Part shown: positions 33,783-46,025 of the stretch, piece after piece
How the letters are laid out: each line of letters begins with the position of its first letter
How positions within the stretch are numbered: position 1 is the first letter of the stretch
Made by a program: the position numbers and the translations under genes
NCBI RefSeq assembly: GCF_964355755.1
Contig: NC_092677.1
Coordinates: forward strand, 13,476,101 to 13,540,100
DNA: 64,000 nt
Direction of reading: 5' to 3'
Source of the DNA: Antedon mediterranea
Lineage: Eukaryota; Animalia; Echinodermata
Notes under the pieces: model-generated
The model's database searches: none
Seen by the model: the letters and a program-made list of their open reading frames with translations, nothing else
Told to the model about the DNA's origin: nothing

Positions 33783-35241
33783 TTAACGTCGAGACTGAGT
33801 GTCTTTACTCCGACAAGCCTTGACCAATTTCAGAGCAGGGCAGCAAATTACAACAAAAACAAAGGCAATGAAAAACGTCACTGGAAATATAAGAAGACCT
33901 AATATTAATATCACGATGAAACATGGTAGTGGGAGTCCTGTCTGTACCTTGCAACATTTAACACCGTCATCGTGTTTAAAATCAGCGCAACATAAACGGG
34001 ACATACACGATTCATCTTGTCGATTTGCAACTGTGCTTTCAGCTATTGCAACGTTTGATTCCTCCGTGTCTGTAATGTCTATTTCAACTTTTTTTGCGGT
34101 TTCTTCTAAATCATTTTCTTCTTTTTTAATGTCGTTCTCGCTTACATTTTCTTTTTGTTTGCGTTTCATATGTGTCTTTGCCTCCTCTGCTAAATTTGTC
34201 CATGCATCCCTATGAATAAAATGAACTGTTTTTTGTGATACTGATTAATTAGGCAACGATAGAGATGTTTGTGACGATGTTGTATTTGTATTGGTGATGA
34301 CGATATTAGTAAAAATGTTAAAGTTTATGACAATTTTGTTTGTATACGATAGTCTATACTGGGTTATTGGTGGATATCACTCAGTGTGGATGGTGCTGGT
34401 AATATTATAATCATCGACGATGGTGTTGGTATATCTGGTATTGGTTACGAGATATATTTTTATTGATAGAAACGAGTAAATAATTTTACCAATGACTGTA
34501 CACTTACACTTTTTCATTCATGAGATCTTTCTGATTAAAATGTTGTTTAAAATGTACATTGTCTGGTTCAAATTCACTCGCTTTGATTCCATATGGAACG
34601 ATCTCGCTAGTGAATGCTTGTGTGTGGGGTAGATCGTCATCCCTTAAAATACAATGAAAACAGGTTGATGTATCAAAAACAGAACTCCTCTTACAGGGAC
34701 ACCTTCGGGACCAAACAAGGTGTTGCTTTAATTAGAGTGTCCAAAATAAGGGGTTCATATAATATGAACAGATTGACTTATTACATTACCATTTTTGTTT
34801 TGGCGAAATGTTTACGGACATATTATGTCCATGTAACGCCGGTAGTGTGTATATAGGGATGATCTGAATACGTTTATTAAAATAAAGATATATAGGCCTA
34901 CATAGCTGTGTTTTATAATCAACAATTTGTATTTGTAAATAGTAATATACACATTCTGTAGTGGCTTTAGTATTGAACAAATGTTTTTCAACCGGTCAGA
35001 CATTATACCGGGGCACTACCCTTCTTGATAATAACGTCTACGCAACTTACCACATCAAAACCTCCCCTCTTTCTTCGCCCTTACCATCTTCGAAATTTAA
35101 AGTTGATCTGCGAATGTACATGTTATCTCGTTGGGAAGAAGATGATGTAGGTCTATGACCGTTTGAAGGTGTCGATGGTAAATATACTGTCGCTGGTGAC
35201 TGCCGGTTGTCATGATGGCTGTTAGGTTTTGATTTAGGCAT
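33783..35241 (-). CDS. Uncharacterised protein of about 250 aa with a C-terminal Cys-flanked hydrophobic segment (3 exons)
   Basis: Exons 35241-35051, 34642-34508, 34209-33783 join in frame through GTAAGT donors and AG acceptors (phase 2, 2). C-terminus CFIVILILGLLIFPVTFFIAFVFVVICCP. Confidence 0.7.
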
Positions 35242-36833
35242 CTTGCTAAATAGACTTACAGTGGAAAGTGAGATAGTTTATCTCATGGTATCCTATGGCA
35301 CATGAACATTATCATAATTAATGTATTAGGCCTAATTCATAAAAAAAAAATATTGGCAATGAAGTAATCTCATCTGATTAATTTCTGCTGTCAAGAAAAT
35401 TGTCGAAAAGTCGGAACAGATCCCTGAAAAGATAGCATTGGGTTGTCTCTCCGTTTCCACCATACACCTACTGTAAAATGTATGCTATTACATAATGGTC
35501 TTCACAATATAGGTCTACTGATTGAAAATAATGTGCCTGCCTGTTATGTGTCAGACGATAAACTTATTTAAGGTAGGCCTAACTAATTTTCCTATACGTA
35601 CCAGCACACGGGTGCTTAATATAAACACAGGTACACGCATTTATGTTGTCTTTCTGTGTCTCTTCAAATAGCCTATTTTCTATACTTAGCACTACGGTGA
35701 CAAATAATTAGGGTGTCGTAACAACACCATGTACTTACCATGTACAGGTGGTATGTCTAATGTGCCTAAATTACATATTGCACGATATGTTATACCAGTA
35801 TGTGATGTAAATGAATGGCATGGGCCTACGCTGTTTGATAAATGGGATTGGTTTTAGTATTGGTTTAGTATCAACTGACTTTCTTCTTTGTCATTAAAAT
35901 AGAAACCAAACAGCCAGCGATTCTTAAAGTCCTATTAACAATGCGAGATCAAATACAAAACAGTATTCACCTGGTCTAGTTTTTCTATTATGCAAACATT
36001 ATTTTTACGGCATCGGACATGATTTGTAACATCATATTGCTTTTAATCATTTTTTTTTTTTCAGTAATCATGTTCTGAATTATCGGATAAATTGCTCACG
36101 CTTAAGCCTTTCAATTCATCTTCGAATACTTCTACTAAACGTTGCTCCAAAAATTGATTGAAATTAGGTCTTAATAGTTGCAAGTAATCACCAAAATAAT
36201 TGTTACTGTTACAATTCAGACTGTTTGTTCTGTTGTTATCTTTCATAATCACAATATGTAGGTCACTCCATAAACCCCTACACCTTATTAATGATCGTTT
36301 ATACAATCAAATGACATCGATACAAATACTGTAATATTTTAACATTTATTGTTTCGTGTCTTAATACTTTTAAATGCATGAATTACCGAGATATGTTAAT
36401 GGTGTAAAATCCACGATTTTGTTTTGTTTAAATACATAAATGATACTTTTGATGGTCATTTCAGCACATTAAAGTAAGTTACCAGGAATTCGAGATTCGA
36501 GAATGTAATTATATCCGGTTCACACACATTGTAACATTACTGTTTTTTTAAAATAGATACAGTATGTGAAAAGGCGTTTCAGTATCGTAACAAGCCGGTG
36601 TAAGATTACACCCTATATCATATGTATCTGCACTTATATTTAACGATTTTTTTTTACATAGCGTTTATATATACACTATGGCCAATTATATATACACCAA
36701 ATAGCAAGTGAAAGCATTGTGTTGAAACTTGTTGTCTTACCTAACAATACATATAATACCCTATAAGAATATCTTGCGAGTTCATTAAAAATTGAATGTT
36801 TTTTAATTTGATATTATTTACATTTTTTTTTTT

Positions 36834-38615
36834 TCACGTTGTAAACTCGACATTTTTGTCAATTACAATAGATTCTTCAGGAATAATGAGAATCGTACCC
36901 TCAACGTTTTCATCCTGCTTGCGTGATTGGTTGAACTGACCCAGGTTCGCTCCACCTGAATGCACCGTCACATCGACATCTTCTTTGTGCACTTCCAAAT
37001 AATGTTCTATCAAATCCTTATAAACATCCGTGTTGAACACTTTACAGACGTCGCATAGATAAACTTTGGTGTCCTTGTGTTTGGCGGTATTTTTTATATG
37101 TTTACGCAGGTTCCCAAGGTAGAACGTCGTGTACGAGCAATACGGACAACACAAACGATTTACAGGATCGTGCTGTTTTTTATGCCTTCGTACACGATAC
37201 GCTGTCTTTCCTACAAAAGTGCACTCTGGAAAGTCACATTTGAACGGTGTCTCATCCGAATGAGTTATCATATGCCGTCGTAACCGATTCTTATTCCCAG
37301 CTTTGTAGCCACACTGTGTGCAAAGGAACGGTTTTTCTTTAGTGTGTGTACGAATATGAATCTCGAGTTCACTATTACTGACTGCAGCGTATTTGCAATT
37401 GTCATACGTGCAAACGAATGGTTTGTTATTTTCATGCACTGATTTAATGTGGAGTCTCAGTCCGTCCAAACTGACATACTTTTTACCGCATTCATCACAT
37501 TGGTATTGCAATTCTTCCAGTCCTTTCTCTCGCCTGTGACGCTGAACATGTTTGCGTAACAGACTATGCTTTGACGCCGCATAATCGCACTCGGAGCATT
37601 TAAAATCCTTGATGCCAAGATGACGCTTCATATGGATGCGCATGTCTGACTGTGTAACACAAGAATACGCACACATGTGACATTTAAAAGGCTTGTCACC
37701 AGAGTGAATGCGCATGTGCACACGCTCAGAACTTGCCCGAATGACTTTCTTACAAATTGGGCATGTCCAAGTTTTGAACTTTGATTTTGGTTGTTTCAAT
37801 TTTAGTTCTGTTTCTGTTGCATCACTTTTTTCAGTACTTTGTTTATCATTATCGACACTTTCACTTTGCTCAGCAATTTTCGTTTGTTTTCCTTTACAAT
37901 TTTTCTCCTTGACATTACCGTTAATTTTACATGATTCTTTTTTCTTTTTTTTCATAACTTTTTTCCCAGATTTTTTTTTCCTGTATCTTTTCTTTCTGGT
38001 TTCACACCAATCGCCATCACTATTGTCATCTTCACATACATCATCATTATCTTTTTTTATGAAACCGCTTTCTTTTTTAGTTGATATATCCTTTTCTGTA
38101 CGTCTTTGTCTAAAAGGTGTATCAATATTTCCAAGTAACTTGTCTTCCAAGTATCGACTGTAATCGTAGTCAGTAGCAACGTTTTCAGGCTCATCACTAG
38201 TCTGTTTTCTTTCTTTAAAACATTTTTTTAGTTCTATAGCTAGAATCTTTCTTTTTATAGTGCCAGCAGACTTCTCTCTTACAACATCTCCAGTACACTC
38301 TGTAACATCATCAGTATTTTTGTTCTCGTCAATGCCAAGCAATAACTTTTCACTTGTGGATTCCTTAATATTATCTCCACAATTTGAATCACCCTTTGAA
38401 TCTTCTAACGACGTAGGCTGCTGTAAAGGCAACTGCAATAGCACATCTGGTGTTGGTTCCGCTGAAGCATTATCAGTAGATTGAGTTGTTGAACTTGATA
38501 CAATAGGCTGCTTTTTGCATTGACTTTTTCTATGTTTAATGTAATTTTCAAGTCCGTTGATGTGACTATTGCATTTAAGGCATAAGTGAATATCCGATTC
38601 ATCTATTTCATCCAT
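36834..38615 (-). CDS. C2H2 zinc-finger protein (isolated N-terminal DIHLCLKC finger plus an array of about 9 fingers)
   Basis: Repeated CxxC..HxxxH with HSGDKPF/HTKEKPF linkers. ATG directly follows the acceptor ttccccag, so ORF bases 38616-38696 are probably intronic. Confidence 0.9.
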   Translation of the reverse strand: MDEIDESDIHLCLKCNSHINGLENYIKHRKSQCKKQPIVSSSTTQSTDNASAEPTPDVLLQLPLQQPTSLEDSKGDSNCGDNIKESTSEKLLLGIDENKNTDDVTECTGDVVREKSAGTIKRKILAIELKKCFKERKQTSDEPENVATDYDYSRYLEDKLLGNIDTPFRQRRTEKDISTKKESGFIKKDNDDVCEDDNSDGDWCETRKKRYRKKKSGKKVMKKKKKESCKINGNVKEKNCKGKQTKIAEQSESVDNDKQSTEKSDATETELKLKQPKSKFKTWTCPICKKVIRASSERVHMRIHSGDKPFKCHMCAYSCVTQSDMRIHMKRHLGIKDFKCSECDYAASKHSLLRKHVQRHRREKGLEELQYQCDECGKKYVSLDGLRLHIKSVHENNKPFVCTYDNCKYAAVSNSELEIHIRTHTKEKPFLCTQCGYKAGNKNRLRRHMITHSDETPFKCDFPECTFVGKTAYRVRRHKKQHDPVNRLCCPYCSYTTFYLGNLRKHIKNTAKHKDTKVYLCDVCKVFNTDVYKDLIEHYLEVHKEDVDVTVHSGGANLGQFNQSRKQDENVEGTILIIPEESIVIDKNVEFTT

Positions 38616-38859
38616 CTGGGGAAATAAAATTGTTTTCATTACTGTATGAATGTATGTATACCCAAAATTATGAATGATGTGCATCCATTTGTACATGCCA
38701 CACAGACAACTAGATAGGCTAGCTAGGCAGAGTGCAAGCGATAACTGGCCTGGTGGTCATTCAAATCAATGTACTGCACTAACCATCTTATTCTAGCTAG
38801 AATACTACTGTAGTTATATCGGTATTTATTTTAACACCTCGCTTTGAATAAATGCCTCA

Positions 38860-39320
38860 AACTCAAATAGGCCTAGGCCTACTACTATTTTATTTATTCT
38901 ATCTAGGCCTAGTTATTCTTATACTGTAATACTAATATTAAGACTAGGCCTAGAGTTCAGTTAGGCTAGTAGCCTAGCTAGCTAGAGGCCTAACTATAGG
39001 TAGTTAAGCTGGGCTAGATTAGATAGTAGGCCTATTATAGGGCGCCGATAGATAGGGGAATCCATAGATAGTAGGCCTAGATAGGATAGGCTAGCTAGGC
39101 CAGGCTGCCAGGGTCAGAGGGCCCAGCAGGCAGGGTCAGGCTAGCTAGGCTAGTAGAAAGGCCCAGCCTAGCTATTTATATTATTATTTTATACCCTACT
39201 AGGTCCAGACATAAGTAGTATATCCGCCTCTAGCATATCTAACCTAGTCGAAAAATAAATTGAGATTGGGAAGCTATTTCAAACCTTTTTTTAAGCTAGG
39301 GGCCTAGCCTAGGCCTAGTT
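38860..39320. repeat. TAGGCCTA/CTAG-rich low-complexity tract
   Basis: Dense taggcctag, gctagc and tagatag motifs in the presumed first intron of the zinc-finger gene. Confidence 0.6.
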
Positions 39321-40508
39321 TTTTTCTTTTAGAGTTTTAAACTAGACGACGGATGGTGTAGAGTCTATTCGTCAATGAAAAGGAAAGAGGGCGACATGCG
39401 AATTAAGTTTCTCTTGGATTTAGATTCTATCCGTGGAGAAATTCATTTTGAATTATTCATCCTTCACCACAAATAGCACCAAATAAAATCATCAAGCAAA
39501 TTAAATCCAAGAAATACTTCTATAGAAACCGTTTTTACGTACTTTTAACATCAAACATAAGTTAGGCCTAGCTCGAGCGAGCGATTCAACCGTAAATTGT
39601 GTCTGCATTTCTGAATCAACCCGCGTTCTTACCCAAATTTGTTTCATGTCTTTTGATATTTTGTTTGTTATTTATTTATATTTACGTGTTTTTTTTTTGC
39701 TTTTATCGTCAACATAGAAGCTTTCTACAGAAAGAAGTTTCGAATTGACATTTAGGCCTGTACAGAGTTTTAATTATTTCCAATTTGATCAAAGCGGTTA
39801 ACAGAAAATACATAGCACAACATGGGAAACTCAATTGTCTTCTGACTTTTGACTTTTTTTCATAGTGCAACTTTATCAGGTTAACTGTTTTTTTTATTCG
39901 ATCTAATTTTTGCCAAGTAAATAACTGTTATGTTATGAGAGAAACAAAATACTAATACAAACAATTTATACAAGTTTATTTTAGAAAATTTACTGTTTTT
40001 ATTATTTGTTTAATGTCATTTTCGACGTGACCATTAATCCTAATTGATACTCGCAAGACACAACAATTTTATTTTCTTTCTTCATTTCTGATTTTGTTTT
40101 GTGCTTTGATTTAAATAATATACTTATCTGAAACGCATTCGTTAAAACAAATATATTTATAATTATCGGTAAATAAATCGCAATCAATTTAGATCATTTG
40201 AAATGTTCCTTATAAAACAATCTTCTAGAAAGAGGACACCTATGAGTGATGACGCAAAATATATTAATTCATATTTGATTATCATAATGACACGTATGAC
40301 GTCACAATTGTTGCGCGGAATAAAGTCTGTGTATAGTATTACACAACCAAAACTTCAGTATACAACAAGCTCCGACAACACGGTGAAGAGACATCATCTC
40401 CTTTACTCAGTTTTTCTGTGCTTAGTTTCTTTCAAAAATATTCCGATTGATTTATCAAACATTATTACTAGGCCTATTTATTATATATTTATCATAAAAT
40501 AACGCATT

Positions 40509-43245
40509 ATGCCTATATTATTTTGTGGTGCAACAATACGATTGCCTAAGTTTCCACGAATAAACAACAAAGGTAAGAATATTAAGCTCTTAGGCCTAGA
40601 TGATATTTCAAATCGAACAGATGCCTAGGAAATAAACTTTGTAGGCCTAGATCTGAAGAGAAGTCAGAATGTTGATGTAGGCCTGATTATAAATAAAGTA
40701 TTATTTTAATATTAAAAGAGGAATATAGTTCTAATCAATATTAGGCCTAATAATATTTTGTAATTAAAAAAAAAATAAATATTAAAAGTAGGCCTAACCT
40801 ACCCAACCCAACTCTAGGCCTAGATTTTATTACAAGTTAGTTTAATAGATGAAATTGTTCATTTCATTTATTAATTACTTATTTAGGTATGATTGAAATA
40901 TTAAAGACGAAGATAGTTTTTCAATAAATTATTATTATGGAAATACGAAACCTAGATCGGACTCCTAGGAGGGAATTGTTTTGATATGTAACTATAGAGA
41001 TTTAAATCTGCCTAGTTACTTACCACGCGTACATATTAAAGTAAAGTCTGCGCGCGTACGTACAGTATGTGTATAGTATGCGCACTACTCTCTGGCGGCG
41101 CGGAACGACATGTCATGCCAACGTCATGAAATTGTGTAATTCTATTGGTTAAAATAGACGAATCGAAACAACCAATAAACAAACTTGGTTTTTCTTTGGA
41201 GATAGTTCTGATTGGCGGAACCGTCTAAAACACATAACTTGTAGCCAATGATGATCGACGTAAAATCATTGGTACAGAGTGTGTATATTTACGTTATTAA
41301 ATGTAATATATTTGTTTGTATATTTTTAGTTTTACCATTATTGCCAAAGAAAGATGGTAAATATAAATCAGTACAACAGGTATTGGCCACTCGAACAACT
41401 GAAGAAAAACGAAAACTGGATGTGAGTATCCGCACATAATTTTATTTTATTTTTAGGCCAGGCATTATTTAGGAAAGATGATGAGAGTGTGTCTAGCTAG
41501 TAGCTTTGGGAACGTAACCGGCCCAGGGCGCCGATAGCTGCTAACAAGGTCTGTAGATGGCTAGTTAGGCTAGCCTCAAGGATACACTGTAAGCCTAGTC
41601 TATGTTAGGCTAAGAAGGGAATTTTCTATCATTTAAACCGTTAACTCGTTTTGACTAATTATCTTACAGGAGATGCTTGGAGTTCCTCACGGCAACATTG
41701 AATCTTTTGCTGGTCTCATCACCTCTGCATCAGGTACCGTAAATCAAAATGTTGGACTAATAATACTAATAACTAGCTAGGCCTAAGCTATAATTTGTTT
41801 TGTATTTTTAATGGCCACAGATCCTGATTGATAACTGAACTATGAATACATAACGAATTTCAACAACAGTCTATATTCTATTTGCATTGTTGCTTTATTT
41901 TGTTCATTAATAATATTATTATAATTCAGTACCTAACTGCACAACAACCAACAAAAGTGACACGTCAGCAAAACCAAAACGTAAACGCCTTGGTAGTTGT
42001 AAAAACGTATTTATTGTAAAAGAAAAGGGTGCCATCATTATCTCTCCGGTTAACTCATCGACCCAGGCAGAAAAATCGGCCGAAAAGGTTCCCACAGGTT
42101 TGTATGAATTTTATTTACGTTTTTTAAAACTTTACAATTAAGTTTGAGTTTAGAATATTTTTTAATAAGAAGTCTAACATATGGAATTATAAATGGGAGA
42201 TAAAGAACATATTTAATAGGAAATTTATTGGTTAAAATAAACGAATTCAAAACATCAATTTGGAGTGCATGCATAAATCTTAAAATGATTGCCCATGGTG
42301 ACACATTGAATCATCACGAACACTTTGAATAGCGATTAAATCAGCTTTTTGATACCATATAAACCTTGTCTTATATATTACAGTACATAACTGCAAGAAA
42401 ATCAGCAAGGATGACATGTCAACAAAACCAAAACGTCTTGGTAGTTGTAAAAACGTAGTTATTGTCAGAGAAAAAGGTGCCATCGTTATTTCTCCAGTTA
42501 GCTCGGCAATTCATACAGCAGACAAACCAGCCAATGATGATATCAATGAAATTGCAGCAGACACAATCTCTCAAGTAGATGCCCTTACTCCAGTAGTAGA
42601 AGTAGAAGAGGCCACCAGAGTTGCAATACTCACTGAAACAGCAGCAGATTTTGACATCCTCACTCCAGAATGCACTGACGTTGATGCAGGTGAATTGGAA
42701 ACAGAAATTGAACAAATGACATCAAATCTTGTGGAAAACACACTAGCTAAAATTCTGGCAACACCTAATGAGGAAGTAAACATCATTCCTGGTCTGTATG
42801 GTAAGATACATTCTTTAACTATTTTTAGGGGTTTTACCTTTTAAACTAGAAATAGTACGTGAACATGTAGGTCTAGTCAAAATGATTCATTAATTTAATG
42901 CATCATTAGATAATACATATTATTACCATATATAAATGTTATTATTACTTGTAATTTTTAGGAAATGAAGAGGTGGAAAATGTAGAACCAGAAGTAGTAC
43001 CATTGGAAACAGAAAGAGAAGCAAAGGAAGCAGGCATAGTAGAAGATGTAGAAAAGGTAGCAGAAACAGAAATGGAGGAAGCAGTAGTAGAATATGTACA
43101 TAACCTAATAGAAAAGGCAGTAGTACCTGAAACCATGGAGGTATTATACCTCCATGCTGAAACTGTAGACAAATTAAAAGAAAATGAAACAAAAGAGGAG
43201 GCAGTAACAGAAGCTGTAAAAGCAGTTGAGGAATCTCATTCATAA
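40509..43245 (+). CDS. Uncharacterised protein: basic N-terminus, duplicated KRLGSCKNV motif, Glu-rich C-terminus (6 exons)
   Basis: Exons 40509-40572, 41330-41421, 41670-41733, 41930-42097, 42384-42800, 42962-43245 join in one open frame with GT-AG sites. Confidence 0.72.
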
Positions 43246-46025
43246 ACTGGATAGATACGACACAATTAAAAAAAGAAGAAAACAAAAACATTAGTTAATA
43301 GAAACAATGGAATCATGTTTACAATGCAGTCTACCTCATTATTTATTGATTAAAAGTATAAATATACTGGATGTATTTCAATTTGGATAATAAAAACAAG
43401 CTTATATTTTTAATATCAAAAGTTTAATTTCATTTTTGGTTGTTTTTATTTTTATATGTTATTTTAATTTAATATTATATTTAATATACTAGAAGGTAAA
43501 TGAAGTAAATTCATTACCTGGCTGATTGAGTAGGCCTACAAAGCAAACAAAGAAGGATCGAGGCACGGCAAGTGCTTTGAACAATGTTTGCAAACTAATA
43601 TTTAAATTATAGTTAAAAATATGTCAGTAAAACAAGTTTCCGAATTGTGATTCAGACTTTTACCCTACTATTATACCACTAGGCTTTCATGATACAATTT
43701 TTAAAAAACTTAAAGACAAAGAAATGAGTTCACAAAAATATTCCAGGGATATAAAATATAATTACCGTATATGACACCAATATTACAACATAGTTTTATT
43801 TCAAATATATAGTGTATTTTTCAAACATGTGGTTAAAAAGGGCTTTTGCAAATTTGCACTCGGTGGCTTTCGGGTTATCGGGCGGAATCGCTATCAAGAG
43901 ATTCCGGAAGCGCAATCTTTGGAGGTAATGGCTGTTGGTTGCCTGGTAGCACTGACGCCTAAAAGGATTATAAAAGTAGAATTTGGTTTTGGTGAGTTTA
44001 CAGGGTTGGTTTTCAATCTGCGTATCTTCCATTCCATTGATCTGACACCAATATTGGAAACAAACATTTTTTCCTTTGTGACGTACTTGCCGACAGTTTT
44101 CAAGTCGTGTACCTCTTGTTGTTTCAGATTTAATTTAAATGTCTTGCCTCTTTACATGCTCACTCTTCCAATATTGGAGACATACCGGTTCCTGGACGAA
44201 GTATATATGTCTCAAGAGAGACCTTTGAGCAGCTGATTCTCATCGTTCTCTGAGACATTACCAATCTCATACGCTTTGGACATGTAACAATTTCAACAGT
44301 ATGGAACTGTTGAAATACAGGACCATTAGGCAACAAAAGAACATCATTATCTCCCTAAGATAGATAGTACTAATATTTACTTTTTCCAGATCTTTTCTTC
44401 TGTTTACATAGTCCCGAATTTCATTTCTATCCAAGAATTTTGATAGTTGATCGTCAAGTGTTCTCACAATGAACTCTTAGAAGTTTCCAGTGTTTTTGTA
44501 GTTTATGATGCAAGAATATGAAATCCAAAATGTTATAAAACCAATTGTGGAATGGCAAATTCTGGAATTCTGACATTTTACTTCATTATAGCTAACAAAC
44601 AAAGGAAATATCGTAATCGAAAAGTAAATAATAAAACTTGTTATTTTAAGCCCTACAGCTAAAAATACCGAATGTTACAGTTAATTCTTTGAAATCACAA
44701 TACTGATTCTGTTATAGCCTGAGTCATTTCTATTGGACACACTTTGATTGACTGGAAATTATGTGGAAAATGATAATGCATATGGGAGCGGCTCAGCGGC
44801 TGACCCGGATACAAAACCTATTCAAGCAAAATATTAGAATAAATCTTTGCAAATCAATATACAATATCGTACAATGATGCACCATACGGAGATGAAGTGC
44901 AGTCAATGCTATTTTACAGTAGGCCTACGTCTCTTTCCATGAGCTTTTTTTGATGAAGCGCAACAAATAAAAGAATGTTATTAGGAATAATAAAGGAACC
45001 CGACTTGACCCCAGTTAGTCTGATGTTCTATCTTATAGCTAACGGGGCTACATGAAAATAGAATGAAAAGATAATTTAAGGATTCCTAAATAAGGACTTA
45101 ACCATTAAAAGATGCTCAGTCTCTCCAACTGAGCATGGAGTAAAGAACTGAGCTATGAAGCGGACATTTTTTTGTAAGAATCAGGCCTATCAATTGTCAT
45201 CGTTTGCGAAAAATGTTACAACCAAATAGGTCTACATGGGATCATGGTTGAAATTGATATTGATAGAGAAATACAATTATCAAATAACCAAATAAAAATA
45301 GGCCAAAAATATTTTTTTGATTATTTTCGATGACCAAAAAAAACACCAGTGATATTTGATAATCCCCTCGTTTCTAGTGCGTTTGTAAAATCGAAATTAA
45401 ACGCTCTCTGAAAATCGGAATCTCCCGAACATATGGTGAAATTGTTATTAAAAGTATTTTTAATTTGGCTCATTTCGCGTCACGAGCTGCAGGGCGTCCA
45501 CGTGTTTTTGTAGATCCTTATCATAATCCACGCGTTAATTGCGATTGCAATGTCATTATTTTATGTCCTTGAATTGGCGGGAATAATTTAAAAAAGGTTT
45601 CTTGGTTGGGCTTCAAGCTGGGATCCCGACGTCGTGTAGAATATTCTATGTGCCATGGACTATCATACTGACGTAACCAGATATTGCTCCCCACCCCTTT
45701 AAAACACATTGAAAAAAAAGTCCATTGTAATGGTAAATGATAAATAACGTTCCTAGAAAAATAAAGAGCTTCAAATTCTATTTTTAGATATTATTAATGA
45801 ATAAGGAATGTTGGTAGCTATCCCTTATAGCAAATCCCTTAGCAAAATTGTAAACAAAAGGTAACTTTTTTTAGACGGTCCCTATACCAGGAAGTGTCAT
45901 GAAGTAACCAGTAGGGTGCTTTGCTTTCAGAAAAAAATATTAATTGGATAGATTGTTGTGGTAAATTTGCACGCTGAAAATGTTCACTTAAGATTTGCTA
46001 AAAACGTGCATTTATAATTTTTAAA

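Noticed and set aside
37077-38602. Several ORFs overlapping the zinc-finger gene
   Set aside because: Antisense or alternate-frame shadows of the real CDS.
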